DNA of 20,962 nucleotides from a virus (Duplodnaviria; Heunggongvirae; Uroviricota; Caudoviricetes): IMG/VR virus record IMGVR_UViG_2671181136_000003; one strand, 5' to 3'. Shown piece by piece: positions 16,301 to 20,962 of this stretch (position 1 is its first letter; each line of letters starts with the position of its first letter). The notes under the pieces were generated by a model. It saw only the letters and a program-made list of their open reading frames with translations, ran no database searches and was not told where the DNA came from. The position numbers and the translations under genes were made by a program.

Positions 16301-16639
16301 ACCTCGGCAAACCTGAGTGCGTACAGCAACAGTATTGTGGATACGCCCACGTACTTTGCCTTTGCAAAAGGGGCGGGACTGATGGGGGAGGCCGGACCTG
16401 AAGCCATTATGCCTCTGACGCGGGCGGCGGATGGCTCGCTGGGTGTGCGAGCGGTGGGCAGTATGTACGGCAGTGCGGGTCTGGTGTATTCCCCGGTCTA
16501 CCATATCGCCATTCAGAATGACGGGACTAATGGCCAGATAGGGCCGGAGGCGGCAGGCAGCCTTGTGCAACTGATTGACCAGCGGGTGCAGGCGGTGATG
16601 CTGTCCATGCGACGTGACGGAGGAATGCTGAGTGGCTGA
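13397..16639 (+). CDS. Tail tape measure protein (lambda gpH-like)
   Basis: 1080 aa, Ala/Gln-rich coiled-coil-like sequence; the C-terminus (NDGTNGQIGPEAAG ... RRDGGMLSG) resembles the remembered lambda H C-terminus; position before M-L-K-I. Confidence 0.9.
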   Translation: MATLRELIIKISANSQSFQSEIQRASRMGSEYYRTLQNGGRQAAAAAREQRRALAELNSQLTEIRASAVGMAGAFAGAFATGHLISLADEWSSVNARLKQASQSSDEFSSSQKVLMDISQRTGTAFSDNAALFARSAASMREYGYSAGDVLKVTEAISTGLKISGASTAEAGSVITQFSQALAQGVLRGEEFNSVNESGDRIIRALAAGMGVARKDLKAMADDGQLTADKVVPALISQLGTLRDEYAAMPETVSDGITKVENAFMAWVGGANEASGVTKTLSGVLNGVAGQIDNVATAVGALVAVGVARYFGNMASGAMSATAGLVTAARNEVALAEAQFRGTQIATARARAAVYRAQQAVAAARGTEMQIAAEARLAATQERLNRNIAARSAAQNALNSTTAVGSRLMSGALGLVGGVPGLVMLGAAAWYTLYQNQEQARESARQYALTIDEIAHKTPSMSLPEASDNEGRTRAALTEQNRLIDEQASRVKSLQEKIAGYQYVLANPGWTTGDGFMINHLTSVKTVTEGLAQATEQLAVEQSRLAQMQEKAQSIQDVLAGLEDRRVALIRQQAAEQNKVYQSMLVMNGQHTEFNRLLGLGNELLQQRQGLVNVPLRLPQATLDDKQQSALTKTERELALSRLKGEEKERVRLGYAADDLGFVGEPYQEARQRYISNALEAWRNNEANKPKSRGGKSETEKAEDSFSRLLKQQKEQLALAGQNTELAKLKYQTAQGELKTLTEMQKQELLRNAALIDQQKIREQLRSREETLKNDNVAARASNEAELLGYGQGERLRERMRELQQIRDSFRQKDADLQSQYQTGDISEDFYRQALAQNAQYLSERLKEQEAFYAESDVQRADWQKGLQEGFSNWVDNASDYASQAAQLATEGISGMVNNITEMLNGNKVEWRSWASSVLQEISKVLMNAAIVNGIKTAANGMSGAGGFLGSIGDWLGGAVANAKGGVYTSANLSAYSNSIVDTPTYFAFAKGAGLMGEAGPEAIMPLTRAADGSLGVRAVGSMYGSAGLVYSPVYHIAIQNDGTNGQIGPEAAGSLVQLIDQRVQAVMLSMRRDGGMLSG

Positions 16640-16973
16640 GATAAAAACGCTGCATCTGGTCCCGCGTGAAGGGATGCAGGTGAGTGAGAAGCCGTCGGTG
16701 GTGAGGGTGCGGTTTGGTGACGGTTATGAACAGCGCCGCCCCACAGGGCTGAATCCTCAACTGAAGACGTTTCAGGCGGTGTTCCGGGTGACGGATGAGT
16801 CAACCCGGCGCTGGCTGGAAGAGTTTTTATCGTGGCATGGTGGTTACCGTGCCTTTTTGTGGCGACCGCCGAAACATAACCGGACGGTGAGGGTTGTGTG
16901 CCGTGAGTGGAGTGTCACGGATAATGCCCGGTACAGTGATTTCAGTTGCACGATAGAGCAGGTGGTGAACTGA
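16632..16973 (+). CDS. M: Minor tail protein M
   Basis: GTG start. Strong similarity to remembered lambda gpM (VRFGDGYEQRRPTGLN, FLWRPP, ends EQVVN). Confidence 0.9.
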   Translation: MAEIKTLHLVPREGMQVSEKPSVVRVRFGDGYEQRRPTGLNPQLKTFQAVFRVTDESTRRWLEEFLSWHGGYRAFLWRPPKHNRTVRVVCREWSVTDNARYSDFSCTIEQVVN

Positions 16974-17671
16974 TGCAGGATATTCACGAAGAAAGCCTGA
17001 ACGAGTCGGTTAAGTCAGAGCAGTCACCGCGGGTGGTGCTCTGGGAAATTGACCTGACGGTGCAGGGTGGTGAGCGGTATTTTTTCTGCAATGAGCTGAA
17101 TGAAAAAGGGGAGGCGGTTACCTGGCAGGGGCGGCAATATCAGGCATACCCGATTGACGGCAGTGGCTTTGAGATGAACGGGAAGGGCAGCAGTGCCCGC
17201 CCGTCGCTGACGGTGTCGAATCTGTTTGGTCTGGTCACCGGGATGGCGGAGGACCTGCAGAGCCTGGTGGGGGCCACGGTGGTCCGCCGCCGGGTGTATG
17301 CCCGTTTTCTGGATGCGGTGAATTTTGTGGCGGGCAATCCGGAAGCGGACCCGGAGCAGGAGCTGAGCGACCGCTGGGTGGTGGAGCAGATGTCGCAGCT
17401 GACAGCCATGACGGCCTCGTTTGTGCTGGCTACACCGACCGAGACGGACGGGGCGCTGTTTCCCGGTCGCATCATGCTGGCGAACACCTGTATGTGGGAT
17501 TACCGGGGAGATGAATGCGGGTATAACGGTCCTGCGGTGGCGGATGAGTTCGACAACCCCACCACGGATATCCGTAAGGACAGATGCAGCAAGTGCATGC
17601 GCGGGTGTGAACTGCGCAGGAATGTCGGCAATTTTGGCGGTTTCCTTTCCATTAATAAACTTTCGCAGTAA
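16973..17671 (+). CDS. L: Minor tail protein L
   Basis: ATG at 16973 overlapping the M stop. Near-identical in long stretches to remembered lambda gpL (VVLWEIDLT, GERYFFCNE, VTWQGRQYQ, MAEDLQSLVG, C-terminal NVGNFGGFLSINKLSQ). Confidence 0.95.
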   Translation: MQDIHEESLNESVKSEQSPRVVLWEIDLTVQGGERYFFCNELNEKGEAVTWQGRQYQAYPIDGSGFEMNGKGSSARPSLTVSNLFGLVTGMAEDLQSLVGATVVRRRVYARFLDAVNFVAGNPEADPEQELSDRWVVEQMSQLTAMTASFVLATPTETDGALFPGRIMLANTCMWDYRGDECGYNGPAVADEFDNPTTDIRKDRCSKCMRGCELRRNVGNFGGFLSINKLSQ

Positions 17672-17681
17672 ATCCCGGTTT

Positions 17682-18250
17682 ATGACACAGACTGAATCAG
17701 CGATTCTGGCGCATGCCCGGCGGTGTGCGCCTGCGGAGTCGTGCGGCTTCGTGATAAGCACGCCGGAGGGGGAGTGGTATATCCCTTGTGTGAATATTTC
17801 CGCAGAGCCGGAGGCGTATTTTCGTATCGCACCGGAAGACTGGCTGCGGGCAGAGATGCAGGGGGAGATTGTGGCGCTGGTCCACAGCCACCCCGGTGGT
17901 CTGCCCTGGCTGAGCGAGGCCGACCGGCGGCTGCAGATAAAAAGTGCACTGTCCTGGTGGCTGGTCTGCCGGGGGGAAATTCATAAATTCCGCTGTGTAC
18001 CACATCTGACAGGACGGCGCTTTGAGCACGGGGTGACGGACTGTTACACGCTGTTCCGGGATGCCTACCATCTGGCGGGAATTGATATGCCGGATTTTGA
18101 GCGTGAGGATGACTGGTGGCGCAACGGTCAGAACCTTTACCTGGACAATATGGCGGTCACCGGCTTTTACCGGGTGCCCCTGTCCTCTGCACAGGCGGGC
18201 GATATCCTGCTGTGCTGCTTTGGCGCATCGGTGGCCAATCATGCCGCCAT
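17682..18250 (+). CDS. K: Tail assembly protein K (NlpC/P60 plus JAB/MPN-like), copy 1, 3'-truncated by the N-run
   Basis: MTQTESAILAHARRCAPAESCGF ... HSHPGG ... very close to remembered lambda gpK; the ORF runs into the gap at 18251. Confidence 0.9.
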
Positions 18251-18273
18251 NNNNNNNNNNNNNNNNNNNNNNN
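18251..18273. other. Run of 23 N (assembly or scaffold gap)
   Basis: Literal n characters in the sequence; the flanks join mid-K to mid-L. Confidence 0.99.
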
Positions 18274-18855
18274 AATGAGCTGAATGAAAAAGGGGAGGCG
18301 GTCACCTGGCAGGGGCGGCAATATCAGGCATACCCGATTGACGGCAGTGGCTTTGAGATGAACGGGAAGGGCAGCAGTGCCCGCCCGTCGCTGACGGTGT
18401 CGAATCTGTTCGGTCTGGTCACCGGAATGGCGGAGGACCTGCAGAGCCTGGTGGGGGCCACGGTGGTCCGCCGCCGGGTGTATGCCCGTTTTCTGGATGC
18501 GGTGAATTTTGTGGCGGGCAATCCGGAAGCGGACCCGGAGCAGGAGCTGAGCGACCGCTGGGTGGTGGAGCAGATGTCAGAGCTGACGGCCATGACAGCC
18601 TTGTTTGTGCTGGCAACACCGACGGAGACGGACGGAGCGCTGTTTCCTGGTCGCATCATGCTGGCGAACACCTGTATGTGGGATTACCGGGGAGATGAAT
18701 GCGGGTATAACGGTCCTGCGGTGGCGGATGAGTTCGACAACCCCACCACGGATATCCGTAAGGACAGATGCAGCAAGTGCATGCGCGGGTGTGAACTGCG
18801 CAGGAATGTCGGCAATTTTGGCGGTTTCCTTTCCATTAATAAACTTTCGCAGTAA
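18274..18855 (+). CDS. L: Minor tail protein L, copy 2, 5'-truncated by the N-run (resumes at NELNEKGEAV)
   Basis: In-frame continuation to the same stop context as copy 1; a handful of nucleotide differences from copy 1 (for example Q to E in MSQLTAM / MSELTAM). Confidence 0.85.
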   Translation, partial: NELNEKGEAVTWQGRQYQAYPIDGSGFEMNGKGSSARPSLTVSNLFGLVTGMAEDLQSLVGATVVRRRVYARFLDAVNFVAGNPEADPEQELSDRWVVEQMSELTAMTALFVLATPTETDGALFPGRIMLANTCMWDYRGDECGYNGPAVADEFDNPTTDIRKDRCSKCMRGCELRRNVGNFGGFLSINKLSQ

Positions 18856-18865
18856 ATCCCGGTTT

Positions 18866-19609
18866 ATGACACAGACTGAATCAGCGATTCTGGCGCATGC
18901 CCGGCGGTGTGCGCCTGCGGAGTCGTGCGGCTTCGTGATAAGCACGCCGGAGGGGGAGTGGTATATCCCTTGTGTGAATATTTCCGCAGAGCCGGAGGCG
19001 TATTTTCGTATCGCACCGGAAGACTGGCTGCGGGCAGAGATGCAGGGGGAGATTGTGGCGCTGGTCCACAGCCACCCCGGTGGTCTGCCCTGGCTGAGCG
19101 AGGCCGACCGGCGGCTGCAGATAAAAAGTGCACTGTCCTGGTGGCTGGTCTGCCGGGGGGAAATTCATAAATTCCGCTGTGTACCACATCTGACAGGACG
19201 GCGCTTTGAGCACGGGGTGACGGACTGTTACACGCTGTTCCGGGATGCCTACCATCTGGCGGGAATTGATATGCCGGATTTTGAGCGTGAGGATGACTGG
19301 TGGCGCAACGGTCAGAACCTTTACCTGGACAATATGGCGGTCACCGGCTTTTACCGGGTGCCCCTGTCCTCTGCACAGGCGGGCGATATCCTGCTGTGCT
19401 GCTTTGGCGCATCGGTGGCCAATCATGCCGCCATATACTGCGGCAACGGTGAGCTGCTTCACCATCTGCCTGAACAACTGAGTAAACGGGAGAGGTATTC
19501 CGAAAAATGGCAACGACGAACGCATTCAGCCTGGCGTCACCGCCACTGGCACGTATCTGCCTTCACGGGGATTTACAACGATTTGGCCGCCGCCTCAGCC
19601 TGTATGTGA
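18866..19609 (+). CDS. K: Tail assembly protein K, copy 2 (complete, 247 aa)
   Basis: Same start context as copy 1; full-length match to remembered lambda gpK including the C-terminus (WRHRHWHVSAFTGIYNDL). Confidence 0.9.
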   Translation: MTQTESAILAHARRCAPAESCGFVISTPEGEWYIPCVNISAEPEAYFRIAPEDWLRAEMQGEIVALVHSHPGGLPWLSEADRRLQIKSALSWWLVCRGEIHKFRCVPHLTGRRFEHGVTDCYTLFRDAYHLAGIDMPDFEREDDWWRNGQNLYLDNMAVTGFYRVPLSSAQAGDILLCCFGASVANHAAIYCGNGELLHHLPEQLSKRERYSEKWQRRTHSAWRHRHWHVSAFTGIYNDLAAASACM

Positions 19610-20090
19610 ACACGGCAGCGGAAGCCATTCGTGCCCTGTCGATGCAGATGCCGGGATTCCGCCGTCAGATGAACGAAGGCTGGTACCAGATACGTATTCG
19701 CGGTGAGGACACGGCACCGGAGGCGGTGTACGCCCGTCTTCACGAACAGCTGGGTGAGGGAACGGTCATCCACATTGTGCCGCGACTGGCCGGGGCCGGA
19801 AAGGGTGGACTGCAGATTGTGCTGGGGGCGGCAGCCATCGTGGGCTCTTTCTTCACTGCCGGGGCATCAATGGCGTTATGGGGTTCAGCCCTGGCAGCCG
19901 GTGGTTTTTCTGCCACCACGATGCTGTTTTCACTTGGAGCCAGCATGATTCTGGGCGGTGTGGCCCAGATGCTGGCCCCGAAGGCAAAAACACCGGATTA
20001 CCGCGCAACGGATAACGGCAGACAGAACACGTACTTTTCCTCGCTGGATAACATGATTGCCCAGGGGAACCCGATGCCGGTGCCTTACGG
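19507..20090 (+). CDS. I: Tail assembly protein I, 3'-truncated by the second N-run
   Basis: Start overlaps the 3' end of K, as in lambda. Strong similarity to remembered lambda gpI (ARICLHGDLQRFGRR, GWYQIRI, VIHIVPR, FSLGASMILGGVAQMLAPKAKTPD, NTYFSSLDNM). Confidence 0.9.
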
Positions 20091-20111
20091 NNNNNNNNNN
20101 NNNNNNNNNNN
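20091..20111. other. Run of 21 N (assembly or scaffold gap)
   Basis: Literal n characters; the flanks join mid-I to mid-L. Confidence 0.99.
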
Positions 20112-20540
20112 ATGGCGGAGGACCTGCAGAGCCTGGTGGGGGCCACGGTGGTCCGCCGCCGGGTGTATGCCCGTTTTCTGGATGCGGTGAATTTTGTGGC
20201 GGGCAATCCGGAAGCGGACCCGGAGCAGGAGCTGAGCGACCGCTGGGTGGTGGAGCAGATGTCAGAGCTGACGGCCATGACGGCCTCGTTTGTGCTGGCA
20301 ACACCGACGGAGACGGACGGAGCGCTGTTTCCCGGTCGCATCATGCTGGCGAACACCTGTATGTGGGATTACCGGGGAGATGAATGCGGGTATAACGGTC
20401 CTGCGGTGGCGGATGAGTTCGATAAACCCACCACCGATATCCGTAAGGACAGATGCAGCAAGTGCATGCGCGGGTGTGAGATGCGCGGCATGGTGGCTAA
20501 TTTTGGCGGTTTCCTTTCCATTAATAAACTTTCGCAGTAA
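20112..20540 (+). CDS. L: Minor tail protein L, copy 3 fragment (divergent allele), 5'-truncated by the N-run
   Basis: Begins at the internal MAEDLQSLVG; differs from copies 1 and 2 at several residues (DEFDKPTTD, GCEMRGMVANFGG). Confidence 0.8.
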   Translation: MAEDLQSLVGATVVRRRVYARFLDAVNFVAGNPEADPEQELSDRWVVEQMSELTAMTASFVLATPTETDGALFPGRIMLANTCMWDYRGDECGYNGPAVADEFDKPTTDIRKDRCSKCMRGCEMRGMVANFGGFLSINKLSQ

Positions 20541-20545
20541 ATCCA

Positions 20546-20962
20546 ATGACACAGACAGAATCAGCGATTCTGGCGCATGCCCGGCGGTGTGTGCCTGCGG
20601 AGTCGTGCGGCTTCGTGGTGAGAACGCCGGAGGGGGAGCGGTATATCCCTTGTGTGAATATCTCTGCAGAGCCGGAGGCGTATTTTCGTATTGCACCGGA
20701 AGACTGGCTGCGGGCAGAGATGCAGGGGGAGATTGTGGCACTGGTCCACAGTCATCCCGGTGGTCTGCCCTGGCTGAGCGAGGCCGACCGGCGGCTGCAG
20801 ATAAAAAGTGCACTGTCCTGGTGGCTGGTCTGCCGGGGGGACATTCATAAATTCCGCTGTGTGCCACATCTGACAGGACGGCGCTTTGAGCACGGGGTGA
20901 CGGACTGTTACACGCTGTTCCGGGATGCCTACCATCTGGCGGGAATTGATATGCCGGATTTT
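20546..20962 (+). CDS. K: Tail assembly protein K, copy 3 (divergent allele), 3'-truncated by the window end
   Basis: ATG at 20546. The L-K intergenic spacer is 5 nt shorter than in copies 1 and 2. Translation MTQTESAILAHARRCVPAESCGFVVRTPEGERYIP... differs at several positions and runs open to the window end. Confidence 0.85.
   Translation, partial: MTQTESAILAHARRCVPAESCGFVVRTPEGERYIPCVNISAEPEAYFRIAPEDWLRAEMQGEIVALVHSHPGGLPWLSEADRRLQIKSALSWWLVCRGDIHKFRCVPHLTGRRFEHGVTDCYTLFRDAYHLAGIDMPDF

Noticed and set aside
17024-17761. 245-aa - strand ORF antisense to gene L, with similar antisense ORFs repeated in the duplicated copies
   Set aside because: Antisense to L, which matches lambda gpL nearly residue for residue; it recurs only because the L-K segment is repeated.
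1-20962. tRNA, rRNA, integrase/att sites or insertion sequences
   Set aside because: No cloverleaf-like tRNA candidates, no transposase or integrase-like ORFs, and no terminal inverted repeats flanking a transposase were seen; the window is internal to a prophage late region.

Overview
This window is the late (lysis, packaging, head, tail) region of a lambdoid prophage of the E. coli / Enterobacteriaceae type, read almost entirely on the + strand. Order: 5'-truncated GH24 endolysin; two small ORFs; Rz with embedded Rz1 spanins; a small accessory (moron) island (74-aa ORF, lipoprotein with a TonB C-terminal-like domain, convergent YlcI-like DUF3950 ORF on the - strand); HNH endonuclease; a non-coding region with a cluster of GTTAAC-core palindromes; small and large terminase; a fused prohead protease-major capsid protein; portal; a 407-aa protein with tandem 54-aa repeats; head-tail connector and adaptor proteins; Ig-like major tail protein; G/GT chaperones with a -1 frameshift site; tape measure; lambda M, L, K, I homologs. 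The last ~2.7 kb holds two N-runs and three partly divergent copies of the L-K segment, which looks like scaffolding of collapsed prophage repeats rather than established biology. All calls rest on reading the supplied ORF translations and sequence by eye against remembered protein families; no database search or computation was run. I found no clear novel multi-gene system; the most interesting candidates are the TonB-C-like lipoprotein moron, the GTTAAC palindrome cluster, the repeat protein, and recurring hairpin-T-tract elements inside the late operon.
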